Assembly: GCA_002429325.1 (NCBI GenBank)
Contig: DIZH01000012.1
Coordinates: 47,338 to 107,227, forward strand
Reading direction: 5' to 3'
From: Patescibacteria group bacterium UBA6033
GTDB lineage: Bacteria > Patescibacteriota > Minisyncoccia > Phycocordibacterales > Phycocordibacteraceae
Length of the DNA stretch: 59,890 nucleotides
Below, one piece after another: positions 35,020 to 44,900 of the stretch. Each line of letters begins with the position of its first letter. The stretch's first letter is position 1. A program made the translations under genes and the position numbers. The notes under the pieces were generated by a model that did not search any database, had not been told where the DNA came from, and was given only the letters and a program-made list of their open reading frames with translations.

Positions 35020-35085
35020 CCTGTAATGGTATCTGACAATGTCATCTATAGCAAAGTCGGTTGTCTCGTTGGTTAGAAAATGGCA

Positions 35086-35364
35086 CTAATTGTCAAAAAG
35101 CTCATTCTCGCCACCTCGTTTCGGTTTCGTTATGAGTGGCTGCACTGGAGATGGTTGTAAAGCCGTCTGCACCACGGGAGAACTCGAAGATGCGGTTGCG
35201 GAAAGTTCCACAGATGACTGTTGCGATACTACAGAGGGTTGCTGTGCAACACCGACTGATGCAGTAGGCGTTTGTTGGATGACAGTGACTAGTCCTGTCA
35301 TAGCAACTACAGAGAGGATGAAGATGACATTTTCTTTCACAAATTCAATCATGGACATAATCAT
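35086..35364 (-). CDS. small anchored Ser/Thr/Pro-rich protein
   Basis: One TM then a low-complexity tail; weak. Confidence 0.4.
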   Translation of the reverse strand: MIMSMIEFVKENVIFILSVVAMTGLVTVIQQTPTASVGVAQQPSVVSQQSSVELSATASSSSPVVQTALQPSPVQPLITKPKRGGENELFDN

Positions 35365-35483
35365 ACCCTACATTACCTTTCGAGTAGAGTAGAGAGATTG
35401 TTGTAATGAAGTTGTTTGGTATTCGGCTTGCAGGGTAGAGATATTCCTGTTTTCTTATTATTCGTCTTTTTATCTACTTTCCC

Positions 35484-36572
35484 ATGAGCCAAAACTCAAT
35501 TATCGGAATTCTTGCAGCGATTATCATCATCGGCGGCGGTGTGTGGCTATTTGCATCGGGCGGCACGGGTTCAGGCACTGCCACCACGACCCCTACAACA
35601 GTTACGGATACCACTACCACAGATACTACTTCCGTTCCTGCAACTGCTTCAGCACCGGCCGTCACAACAGGGACGCTCGTCGTTGCCTCAAATGCATCGG
35701 CAGTAATGACCGGAAAAGTCATACCGAATGGGAATCCGTCCACCTATTGGTACGAATACGGCAAAACTTCTTCACTCGGTAGTCGCACGCCGTCACAAGA
35801 CCTTGGTTCTGGATTCATGAGCATCAGCGCGCCGGCCTTTATTACCGGACTCTCTGCGAATACGAACTATTCGTATCGCCTCGTTGCACAGAACAGCTTC
35901 GGTACCATTCAGGGCACCATACTAGGCTTCACTACGAATAATAATCCGCCACCAACAGGATCTGCACCGGTGACACGAACCGACGCTGCTACTTCAGTTC
36001 AACGCACGAGCGCTACACTCGCCGGCCATGTAGTACCGAACGGTTCAGACACGTCCTACTGGTTTGAGTATGGTCAATCAACTTCCTTCGGCAATATAAT
36101 CGCTTTCAACTCTGCCGGAGCAGGTACCGCTTCGATAAACGAATCAGCAGCCATCTCGGGCCTCCTTCCAGCAACAAAGTATTACTTCCGTATGAACGCA
36201 CAGAATCAATTCGGCACAGTAATCGGTGCCACTCTTACGTTCGTTACCAGTGGTCCAGCCGCAGCATCAGCACCATCAGCGAATACCACTGCTGCGACGA
36301 AAGTGACGAGCACTACCGCAACACTGAACGGTAGCGCAAATCCGAATGGAGACAGCACGAGTTATTGGTTTGAGTATGGTACAGATTCTTCGCTGAACAG
36401 TCTCCTCGGGACCACGATGCACAAAGTGATTGTAAGTTCGGCAGCGAATCAAACGAATGTCTCAAGTGATATAACCGGTCTTCAGACCAACACGAATTAC
36501 TGGTATCGCGTTGTAACAATGAACACTCTCGGTACCACAAACGGCGCCATCGTGAAGTTCAAGACTAGATAA
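35484..36572 (+). CDS. secreted protein with four tandem repeats of about 75 aa
   Basis: Repeated PNG..T.YWFEYG....G pattern four times after an N-terminal anchor and Thr-rich linker; terminator downstream. Confidence 0.75.
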   Translation: MSQNSIIGILAAIIIIGGGVWLFASGGTGSGTATTTPTTVTDTTTTDTTSVPATASAPAVTTGTLVVASNASAVMTGKVIPNGNPSTYWYEYGKTSSLGSRTPSQDLGSGFMSISAPAFITGLSANTNYSYRLVAQNSFGTIQGTILGFTTNNNPPPTGSAPVTRTDAATSVQRTSATLAGHVVPNGSDTSYWFEYGQSTSFGNIIAFNSAGAGTASINESAAISGLLPATKYYFRMNAQNQFGTVIGATLTFVTSGPAAASAPSANTTAATKVTSTTATLNGSANPNGDSTSYWFEYGTDSSLNSLLGTTMHKVIVSSAANQTNVSSDITGLQTNTNYWYRVVTMNTLGTTNGAIVKFKTR

Positions 36573-36589
36573 CTTCGAAAAACATATGC

Positions 36590-36627
36590 AAAGCACTACC
36601 GCCCTTTCGGGCGGTAGTGCTTTTTGA
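36590..36627 (+). terminator. Rho-independent terminator
   Basis: aagcactaccgccc tttc gggcggtagtgctt followed by TTTT. Confidence 0.85.
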
Positions 36628-36692
36628 AATGGAGGTGGACACAATTATTCACTCGGCTCTGCTGAATAGAGGGTGCTCGATCTCGCAAGATT

Positions 36693-36884
36693 TCAGAGTT
36701 TCGCTAAGAATCGATAAACAACGATAGGCGCCCAAATTAAAAAGCTCGCGAAACCTAAGATAAAGAAAGTGGGGACAAGCTTCTGTGGGAGTATGTTGCC
36801 TGCCCAGATAAGAGTTAGCGCCGACGCTACGCATAACAGCATCATTGCCCAGAATAATTTCAATGTTATCCGCTCAGCCATCAC
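36693..36884 (-). CDS. small two-helix membrane protein (63 aa)
   Basis: Hydrophobic ORF; no other support. Confidence 0.4.
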   Translation of the reverse strand: MMAERITLKLFWAMMLLCVASALTLIWAGNILPQKLVPTFFILGFASFLIWAPIVVYRFLAKL

Positions 36885-36983
36885 CTACTCTAACTGGTAT
36901 GAGAGGATAGAAGTTACTATCTTTTGTCCCGCCAAGTGGAGGATGTTCGAACCTGTTTAATCAAGCAGGATCAACGTGTGCCT

Positions 36984-38417
36984 CTAGCGGAGAGTGCTGC
37001 CGAGTAGAATACCGTTTGCAAAGTAGAATCCAGTATTGCCAGATGGCAAAATGTCGTAGGTGTATCCATCGCTGTAGGACACTCTGCTCGCTCGCACTAC
37101 CCGCGCGCCGTTGTACACGTCGCCAGCAACAAGCTCACCCACCGTACGCCCATCAACTGTGGGATGCCCTGGCGAAGCAAGGAGTGCATGCCCATTATCG
37201 AGAAGCAGATTGACCATGATGTGAGTCGGTGGCACGGGCGTTTTACTCACCTCGACTACTACTCCTGGTACCCTCACACCGGATTTGTCGGTAGTCCACA
37301 CTGTCTCTCCCACCCACACATCCTGCACAGCAACGGCGCCCTGTGGCGTATCTATCAAAGTATTTTTTGCAAGACAGATTGGACACGCGCGCATATACCC
37401 CTTGAGTTGGCAATAATATTTCAGCGGCGTTGTGTCGGGGTACCTGACCACAGGCGGGCCACACTCCTGCACGCACTCAAAGTCGGTGGAACAGCTGGTG
37501 TCGTTTGGTCCAGTACATTGCCGCCCGACCGGACTCGTACAAATATTGTTATGACACAAATTTCCGGCGGCGCACTGGGAATCTGTGCTGCATCCGTAGC
37601 CCACTTTTACCTTACACTCGCCGGCGGTTGTGGTGTGTGTGGAGACGCAGGTTGGGTCGGTTGAAGGGCATGCAGTTCCATAACCCTGAGTTTCTTGGCA
37701 CACGTATTGCGGCGAGGGGCAATCGACATCTTTCAGGCACCCGCTCGCGGGCGGATAGTTCGTGGGGCACGGCGCAAACTCGCAGTTAGGGCCTGTGCGA
37801 CCGACTGCGGAGCCATCGGGACAGAGCTTCGCCTCCATGGTGCAAGCGACCGGACTCGGCAAGGGCTTCGTGTCCCTGACGGTGCCAAAGACTATCGGAA
37901 TTTCAAGCGCATCATCCTTCTGCGGCAACCCAGAGGGATTATCTTTCTTTAATATCAGCGAGCCCTTGTTGCTGTATGCATTTTTATCTACCGTAAACGT
38001 GAGCGTGGCCTCAAACGGGACAAAATCAGTCGTCATCCACTCGCTCTTTGCTTGTGCTATGCCTTGGGCAATTATTTTGCCGTCCCAATCAGTCAAAACG
38101 ACCGGGAAGCTCGCTTCAAAAAACCAGTTCCCGCGCGCTTCTCCCGTAATAGTGAGTGGGCTCGAGATTGTCTGATTGGGACGCGGAGTGCTGATGCGGA
38201 TGAGGTCAATCTTCTCGAGCCCGTTGCCGATAGATTCGGTGAAGGTCAGTTCGCCGGCGCGACATTGTCTCGGATAGGACTCCATCACTGGATTGCCTGC
38301 TGCTGTGCATTCTTCAAAGGTAGTGATTGGTGCGCCTGAGTGTGCACCAAAGAACCACCACACGCCGGCGGCAGCGGCGAGTACTACAACGATGATGGAT
38401 GGGAGCGCGTTTTTCAT
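36984..38417 (-). CDS. secreted protein: Ig-like (Gmad2-type) domain, Cys-rich region, C-terminal Hint (bacterial intein-like) domain
   Basis: Hint block A CLAKNTLIDTPQGAVAVQDVWVGETVW, block B LLASPGHPT, terminal block YDILPSGNTGFYFANGILLGST; more than 20 Cys in the middle third. Confidence 0.75.
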   Translation of the reverse strand: MKNALPSIIVVVLAAAAGVWWFFGAHSGAPITTFEECTAAGNPVMESYPRQCRAGELTFTESIGNGLEKIDLIRISTPRPNQTISSPLTITGEARGNWFFEASFPVVLTDWDGKIIAQGIAQAKSEWMTTDFVPFEATLTFTVDKNAYSNKGSLILKKDNPSGLPQKDDALEIPIVFGTVRDTKPLPSPVACTMEAKLCPDGSAVGRTGPNCEFAPCPTNYPPASGCLKDVDCPSPQYVCQETQGYGTACPSTDPTCVSTHTTTAGECKVKVGYGCSTDSQCAAGNLCHNNICTSPVGRQCTGPNDTSCSTDFECVQECGPPVVRYPDTTPLKYYCQLKGYMRACPICLAKNTLIDTPQGAVAVQDVWVGETVWTTDKSGVRVPGVVVEVSKTPVPPTHIMVNLLLDNGHALLASPGHPTVDGRTVGELVAGDVYNGARVVRASRVSYSDGYTYDILPSGNTGFYFANGILLGSTLR

Positions 38418-38496
38418 ACAGACTTAAATCATCCCACAAATATTCACGCTTGGAAAAGAACTCTTCCAAGGGTTCGGGACTCAAACCTTCGAGATA

Positions 38497-38742
38497 CTAG
38501 TAAGTCGTAGTGGTTTTCGAGGTCGTGGTAGTTGAGGTGCCGTTACCTGTAGTGGATGTGGTGTCTGACGTGCCACTTTGCGCTGGGAGTATCACGTTTG
38601 TTGCGGCTGGAGTGCGATTTTGCATCCAGAAGTATGCTCCAATGCCAATGACCACTAGAAGTATAATAATCGCTACAGTCCAGCCAGCACCGCCATCGCC
38701 ATTGTCCGTATTATTTCCTGGGGTATTAATTACCGTTGTCAT
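38497..38742 (-). CDS. small anchored Thr-rich protein (81 aa)
   Basis: One TM (WTVAIIILLVVIGIGAYFW) and a Thr-rich tail. Confidence 0.45.
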   Translation of the reverse strand: MTTVINTPGNNTDNGDGGAGWTVAIIILLVVIGIGAYFWMQNRTPAATNVILPAQSGTSDTTSTTGNGTSTTTTSKTTTTY

Positions 38743-38905
38743 AGGGTTGTTGTCGTTAATTGTTAGAGTTATCTGTCTTGAAGCCGTTTCCGCGGAAAAG
38801 GTATTACAAAACGAAGAGAGTTGTAATGATTTCCATTTTTATGCGGCTCACTGATAGTGAGGACTACTCGGGGGATGGATTGAATTATTAATTTATATTT
38901 CTACT

Positions 38906-39058
38906 ATGGACGATCAACACATGAAGGATACACAGGCAGACACTGCAGAGGAGAATGCCAAGGAAGCGGAAAAAATAGCAGGAGAAGCTCATGAGTCTGC
39001 TGCAGAGGCGCATGAAAAGAAGGCTGAAGAAGAAAACGAGAAAAGCGATTCTCAGTAG
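38906..39058 (+). CDS. small acidic protein (50 aa; not in the ORF track)
   Basis: My translation is MDDQHMKDTQADTAEENAKEAEKIAGEAHESAAEAHEKKAEEENEKSDSQ; terminator hairpin starts 1 nt after the stop. Confidence 0.4.
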   Translation: MDDQHMKDTQADTAEENAKEAEKIAGEAHESAAEAHEKKAEEENEKSDSQ

Positions 39059-39101
39059 CAAAATGAAAAAGCACCTTTCGAGGCGCTTTTTCATTTTGCT
39101 C
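39059..39101 (+). terminator. terminator hairpin T1 (copy 1 of a 43-nt direct repeat)
   Basis: aaaatgaaaaagcacct ttcg aggcgctttttcatttt; 39 of 43 nt identical to 40046-40088. Confidence 0.75.
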
Positions 39102-39130
39102 CGCTGGATGGAGGATGTTCGAGAGGGTGT

Positions 39131-39177
39131 ATAAAAACGAAGCCGCCCAACAGAGTCAGGTGACTTCTGTGGGCGGC
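39131..39177 (-). terminator. Rho-independent terminator of the two-gene minus-strand cassette
   Basis: gccgccca-acaga ... tctgtgggcggc, followed on the minus strand by TTCGTTTTTAT. Confidence 0.7.
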
Positions 39178-39186
39178 ACGATCACC

Positions 39187-39438
39187 TCACTTCTTGTGCT
39201 TGTGGTAGAAGTCCGCAAGTGTACGCATGAGTTCGGTACCTAGCTCAGCGTTGTTGCTGGTTTTCCCAGGCCCATAGAGTTTGACACCTACGGGCAGTTT
39301 GAACTCAGCCTGCGCGCCCTCTTTCATGTTGTCGGGGTCGATTCCTTCGCAGACCCTGAGGTGCCAGTCTGCAGAGCCCGATGGAACTACCTCGATATAG
39401 GAGCCAGGGACAGCTCCTTCGATCCTGAGAGACTGCAT
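39187..39438 (-). CDS. hypothetical protein (83 aa)
   Basis: Clean ORF in a locally GC-rich two-gene cassette; no family recognised. Confidence 0.6.
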   Translation of the reverse strand: MQSLRIEGAVPGSYIEVVPSGSADWHLRVCEGIDPDNMKEGAQAEFKLPVGVKLYGPGKTSNNAELGTELMRTLADFYHKHKK

Positions 39439-39466
39439 GACGTTACTCCTTCAGATTGACAATGAC

Positions 39467-39820
39467 CTACAGGACCCCGAATGCAGTTGGTTGCAGCAGG
39501 ATCCACACGAAGCCGGATACGTTGCGGTCGTAGTCAGCGAGAAACGTGCGGACGCAACCGATGATGGCGTCCTTCCGTACCTCGAGGTTCGCCCTGCGAT
39601 CCGGATACTCGTGGGCCCAGATGATGATCTCGAGGTCCTTGGTATTGACGTCGGCAGTGCTGCCTTCGGTAACCCAGACTTCGATGTCATCATGGGTCAG
39701 TTGACCGTCTCCGGACACCGACAGTGCCGGAGCGATAAACGCAGGAAGTTCCTTGGCAAGCTTTTCTGCAATTTCCCCGAGACCGCGACCGTTCTTATGC
39801 TGTATCAGAGTGAGAGGCAT
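39467..39820 (-). CDS. hypothetical protein (117 aa), possibly tautomerase-superfamily-like
   Basis: Begins Met-Pro (MPLTLIQ...) and shows an alternating beta-alpha-beta pattern of MIF-like length; the functional call is speculative. Confidence 0.6.
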   Translation of the reverse strand: MPLTLIQHKNGRGLGEIAEKLAKELPAFIAPALSVSGDGQLTHDDIEVWVTEGSTADVNTKDLEIIIWAHEYPDRRANLEVRKDAIIGCVRTFLADYDRNVSGFVWILLQPTAFGVL

Positions 39821-40045
39821 TGCTATTCTCCTTCAGGTTGGAATGTTCAAAATAAGCTTTTCAGCTCAGGCCAGTCTTCTATTTAACACTTGTATACTTC
39901 CTTGTCAAATTTGCTCCGCGGGTAGGACCGCGAGTACGCTTTTCGAAACTTACAGTTTCGGTACACCTTGCGGATTTTCTTTCAGAAAATGCTCGCAAGG
40001 TTTTCGAATCCTACACGGAAGCATTCATATGCTTCCTCCGCGTCA

Positions 40046-40088
40046 CAAAATGAAAAAGCGCCTCTAAAGGCGCTTTTTCATTTTGCTC
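40046..40088 (-). terminator. terminator hairpin T2 (copy 2 of the 43-nt direct repeat)
   Basis: aaaatgaaaaagcgcct ctaa aggcgctttttcatttt; symmetric A/T runs allow termination of the kinase transcript arriving from 40340. Confidence 0.7.
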
Positions 40089-40216
40089 GCCCTGCTCAAC
40101 GATTTTCGAACTTTTGACTGGGCGGAGGAGTATAAATATCCTACAGTGGTTTTAGACCAGATGAAAGGATTGCTGGCCAAGTACGAGAACCTGTAACCCC
40201 TCATTCCCCAGCTGTG

Positions 40217-40339
40217 TGCCCTTGTGGCGAGCTTTGTTCCAAAGGTAAGAGCTTTGCACCAATTGAGAAACTGACGAGCCGTAAAAGCAAATTTGAACCC
40301 TTGGGACGATTTGCTTAACTTTTGAAATATTAAGCAAAT
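40217..40339. repeat. 123-nt intergenic element R1
   Basis: About 103 of 123 positions identical to 47260-47382. Internal direct repeat GAGCTTTGTTCC / GAGCTTTGCACC 20 bp apart, plus a 10-11 bp inverted repeat gatttgcttaa N11 ttaagcaaatc. Confidence 0.8.
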
Positions 40340-41941
40340 CTATTTTGTTGCTGTAGGACTATTCGTGGGCAATTCCACAAAGAAAGTCGTGCCGACATTT
40401 TCTTTCGATTCAAACCATATTTTACCGCCATGTCCTTCAACAATTGCTTTGACAATGTAGAGGCCGAGACCGGTACCATCAGTTTCCTGCGTCTGTACAT
40501 TTTCGGCACGGAAAAACTTCTCAAACATTCTGCTTTGGGCTTTTTCTGGTATTCCAAGACCAGTATCGCTCATTGAAAAAGTGATCGCATCTGTCTTTGA
40601 TGAATCGAGGCCAATAGTCACCACACCTCCTTCATGGGAATATTTAACCGCATTGGAAAGCAAGTTGCCAAACACTTGGCGGATTTTATCTGCATCAACA
40701 GATAGCATGATGGTTTTAGGAAAGTTTTCAGCACGCACTATTTTTACTTTGTGTTTTTCTGCAAGCCCAATAAGGTCGGTTGCCAAAGAATCCAGCATCG
40801 GAACCATATCAGTTGGTATTTTTTTAATTTCAAATTTAGTTCCTGTCTCAATACGAGAGACATTGAGCAGATCTTCCACCAGCTTGATCATTCGCTCGTT
40901 CGAGTCATGAATCTGAGTGAGAAAATCTTTTTGATCAGCTGAAACTGCTCCAGCCTTACCTCGGAGCATGAGTTCGGCAAACCATTTGATACCGGTAAGC
41001 GGAGTGCGTAGCTGGTGAGATGCCACTGAAACGAATTCTGATTTCATTTTTTCAATCTCGCGTTCTTTTGAAATATCTTCAAAAACAACCACCGCGGAAT
41101 TGAGCGTACCGTCTGGATTTACAATCGGGACGGAAACAGCGCGAATACCAATTTTTTTACCATTAGTTCCTTCGATGACAATGTCTGATTTGGTGCTTGG
41201 TTGTCCCGTTGCAAGTGTAATGGGAAGTGGTAGTTCTTCCATTGGATACGGTTCGCCATTTTCACGCTTAAAATTATATATTTCGGTGTAGGATTCTTTT
41301 CCGGCTTGCGGATCAATCCCGCGACCAAGTAGCTCTATCGCTTTCTTGTTCACCATAGTTGGTTTGCCGGAAGGAGCCTCTGCGAGAAAGACACCCACAG
41401 GCAAACTCTCGAGAAGTACGCGTAATTTTTCTTTTTCGGCGCGAAGATTTTCATCGGCAATCTTTTGCTCGAGAGTGTTTGAAACCCATTTACCCATGAG
41501 CCGAACGAAATCCTTGTCGTTTTCTGAGAATTCAGGACGATGCGCTTCAGGTGATAGGAATGTGAGCGTGCCAAAAAGTTTTCCGGAAACCTTGATCGGC
41601 ACACCGAGATAGGATTCAAGATTAAATTTTTGGTAACAGACATGTGCGCTGTATTGCGAAGTTGCCATAGCACTAATCGCTACAACATCATCGGTTTTCA
41701 CCGTGATATCACAATATGTTTCTGCAAGTTTAAACTCTTCACCCTCTTTTAAGGTATTGGGCGGAACGACGCAGTAGAGGACGGTAAATTTGTCGCCTTC
41801 AATCCTGTTAATCATTGCCATGCGCGTCATAAGCGTGGTGTTGCCGACGAGGAGTGCACTTCGGAACTGCTCGGCAATGCCAAGCTCGGTGCGAGCAGTA
41901 ATTTCATATAGTGAGCGAAGTCGTGCGTCTTGAGTATCCAT
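40340..41941 (-). CDS. GAF-PAS sensor histidine kinase
   Basis: H-box SVASHQLRTPLTGI, N-box LLSNAVKYS, G1 DTGLGIP, G2 GTGLGLYIVK. Start moved to ATG 41941 (the track start 41992 overlaps the upstream gene). Confidence 0.9.
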   Translation of the reverse strand: MDTQDARLRSLYEITARTELGIAEQFRSALLVGNTTLMTRMAMINRIEGDKFTVLYCVVPPNTLKEGEEFKLAETYCDITVKTDDVVAISAMATSQYSAHVCYQKFNLESYLGVPIKVSGKLFGTLTFLSPEAHRPEFSENDKDFVRLMGKWVSNTLEQKIADENLRAEKEKLRVLLESLPVGVFLAEAPSGKPTMVNKKAIELLGRGIDPQAGKESYTEIYNFKRENGEPYPMEELPLPITLATGQPSTKSDIVIEGTNGKKIGIRAVSVPIVNPDGTLNSAVVVFEDISKEREIEKMKSEFVSVASHQLRTPLTGIKWFAELMLRGKAGAVSADQKDFLTQIHDSNERMIKLVEDLLNVSRIETGTKFEIKKIPTDMVPMLDSLATDLIGLAEKHKVKIVRAENFPKTIMLSVDADKIRQVFGNLLSNAVKYSHEGGVVTIGLDSSKTDAITFSMSDTGLGIPEKAQSRMFEKFFRAENVQTQETDGTGLGLYIVKAIVEGHGGKIWFESKENVGTTFFVELPTNSPTATK

Positions 41942-41945
41942 AAAA

Positions 41946-44900
41946 TTATTGTAGTTTCTGCTTTCGGCGGAAATAAATGTATAACGTTCCAAACAAGAGA
42001 ACTACGAGAGTGAGCAGGGTTGTCGGGAGATTAGTGTAGGAGAGAATAACCGCGGCTGGGCTTTTCTTCACATAGAACGTACTTACCACAGAAGGCTTCG
42101 ACTTGACCTTGCTTCCCGGATCGTAGGTGACCGCAAAGACTGTGTGTTCGCCCGGGGCAAGCTCCAAAACGCTCTGGTCGTGACTGAAACTCCACTGCCC
42201 CTTTTCGTCGGCATCGGTGGTGTAGACGACCACTTGGTCGGAGTGAATAAAGAGAGCGATCTTGGCTTTTGGAATACCGGTACCGGTGAAGTTGATCGTT
42301 TGTCCGGTTAGAGACTTCTCCACGAGAGCGACTTGCGGTTTAGCGAGGACACCGGACTCACGACTCTCCGCAAGACCTTTGAGTTCCGGAATATTTTGGA
42401 GAACTGAACTCTCTGTCGGCACAAAAGAACTGGCTATGCCTTGTCCTGAACCATTAGAAGTACCGGTGGTTGAATTTTCACTAGGCGCGTTTCCGGTATT
42501 ATTTACTTGACTATTTGTTTGCGGTGAGACCGTCGAGTTCGCCGGAGTGTTTTCATTTCTTGTTTGACTTTCATTTGTCGTGAGAGAAATAACGGGACCA
42601 TTTCCACCACCTCCGGAACTCCCACCGACAGAAACGCTCGTACCGCCCCCACCGCCTCCAGTTGATCCAGCTCCAGTATTCACTTCAACGCTCGGTACAT
42701 TTTCGCTTATAACTTCCGATGCAGAAATGGTAAGCGTTATGCTGTCAGAAACTGCCGCGCCACCAACACCAAAGCTGGTGTAGAACTTTGCATACACGGT
42801 GTATCTTCCGCTATCACATGAATCAAGGCCAGCACACAAATTCCAATTAGTGGTGGAGGCATAGTCCTGCAGACTTGCATCACTGAAGTCGCTCGTGTTT
42901 GAAATGAGCATGAGTGCAGTGTTGTCACCCCCGGTGAGCGTCAGTGTGACATTTTTATCCTCCGTACCGGATGCACCGCCATCAATAACAATCTTAAATC
43001 CTCCGGCAGGTACTGTAGGCGGAAGCGTGCTTGTGTCGGGCAATATCTCTCCTACAGTAACTCCACCGGAAATTTCCTCGCTTACCGTACCGGTGGGAGA
43101 TGTGTCTGGAGCCGTCACAACAACATTTTCAGAAACAACCGTAGTTTCAGCTTGGGTCCTATACGAAACAACTTGTGATGTCTGTTCGTGACCGTAGTCG
43201 TCATAGGCAGTGATTTTGGCGTAGTAGAGCGTATCCGCTACAAGCCCCGTGATCACGGTTCGGTCTGTACCGGCGAGCAAGAGATCACTGTCTCTTGACG
43301 GTCCCCAGAGACTGACGTTCGCAGAATTATTCACGGATCCGTTAGTAACATTTTCACTATTTGTGCTGTAGGTAATAATATAGCGGTCAAAGTTGCTATC
43401 ATCGGCCGGCGACCAGTGCCAGAGAATCTGATTTGTGTTTGACTCGACTCCCGCAAGCAGAGAAAGGCCAAGTGGCGCTCTGGTGTCTATACCAATCTCA
43501 GTCGTTGTCACGCCGGTATTTCCGTAGACATCGGTAGAAGTCAATCGTGCGGTGATTGTTCCCTCAAAATTTGGGAAGTCCTGATCGGCGTTCCATGAAA
43601 TCGTGCGTGCGCCGGTATTCACCTCTCCGATAGCACCACTTGCCGATGTTACCGGTACAACCCAGGTCAGACCATGATCAGATGAGAGAGCGAGAGCCAC
43701 TGCAACAGGATTGTTTGCATCACTTAACGTATATGAAAATGTTGCTGTACCACTGTCACTCGTTTGGCTCCCGACAAATGTGGATACGACCGGAGCTTTG
43801 GTGTCGATACGAACAGGATAAAACGTTTCTAACGGTCCTGTAATAAGCCCGTCGTTTGCGCGAAGTCGCACATAAACACTGCCAGCATAATTTGGCAGAT
43901 CAGCTTTCGCATTCCAAACAAAGGTATGTCCTGTGCCGGAGTCTCTGGCGATAAGTCCATTTGTGCCGTCATGATCGGTGTCGAAAGTTGCCACGGTCAT
44001 CACGCCTTCCTCACCCGCAAAGGCACCAGTAGTGGAATATTCGTAAATGGGGATTGAAACAAAATCATTATCAACATCCGTTGCTGTATAAATAATATCA
44101 ACGAAACCATCATCTGTTTTCTGAGTCGCTTCGGTTATGTTTAGTGTCGGAGCTTGATTTGAACACTGGAGATAGTTTGCGTTGATCTCTGCCAACGTAA
44201 GAGCTTCAAGAACGAATCCGGCCGAGACACATCCTATTGAAGTGGAAATATTGGACGGAGGAGCGATCACAATCGGAGTGGAAAGCGTTGCTGTCACTGC
44301 GCCATCAATATATAGTTTTAATGTTGTTCCATCGTAGACAAGGACGACAATGTGATCTCCGACGGCCACGTTCGCAGACGAACCTGACGAGGTATCAGGA
44401 TAAGACAGCGTTGTTGTCTGCAAATCAGTACCCGTTACGTTTACGACAAGTCCATTATTCGGCCCTTCAGAAATAGATAAGAGTCCTGGAATAGAATAGA
44501 GGGTGCGTCCGGGAGTACCGGTCGTTTCAGTTACGATATGCACTGAAAATGCGATCGGGGTTGCAACATTTGTATTTAGCGTAGTATCTGTAGTAAGGGA
44601 CGTGTCTACCGATGTTGTAGCAATGTCTGTTGTAACAGTGGTATCAAGGGAATTTGTCGTGTCTGTCACAACTGATGTATCGGTCATCGGAATGGTAGTT
44701 TCTGTGGTTCCTCCGGTTGAAGTGTCCGTGCCGACGGAGATAGAGTCGAGAACCGCAACGACAGTCGGGTCTGCTTCGGAAGTCACGACGGTTGTCGTTG
44801 TGGCCGTGGAAGTTTCTGGACTTGTAAAACTGGCGATTACCGAAGGCTGATCTTGATAGTCAGCGGTCAAAGAAAGGAGCGATACATCCTGGCTACAGTC

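Noticed and set aside
36937-36950. Shared 14-mer TGGAGGATGTTCGA at 36937-36950 and 39109-39122, superficially resembling a tRNA T-arm
   Set aside because: Neither site folds into a tRNA cloverleaf on either strand. A single shared 14-mer is within chance expectation for all-against-all comparison of a 60-kb window on both strands.
38888-39094. 68-aa minus-strand ORF (MKKRLERCFFILLL...)
   Set aside because: It runs through terminator hairpin T1 and is Leu/Phe/Cys-rich antisense sequence. The plus-strand 50-aa ORF ending just before the terminator is the more plausible reading.
40217-40275. A coding-like substitution pattern between R1 and R2 in one frame (..ALVASFVPKVRALHQLRN* versus ..ALVASFVPRVRALHQLKH*)
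   Set aside because: - No plausible start codon exists in R1, where a stop lies 8 codons upstream.
- Similarity continues well past the stop.
- Only about 6 informative differences exist, too few to separate coding constraint from chance.
40271-40295. Hammerhead-ribozyme-like CTGACGAG box in R1 (also in R2 at 47313-47320)
   Set aside because: The following sequence does not form a stem II that is conserved between R1 and R2. The CGAAA core is absent (only CAAA/GCAAA), and no stem I/III partners were found.
40152-40337. 61-aa minus-strand ORF covering R1
   Set aside because: No equivalent ORF exists across R2 despite the sequence similarity, and the composition is not protein-like.
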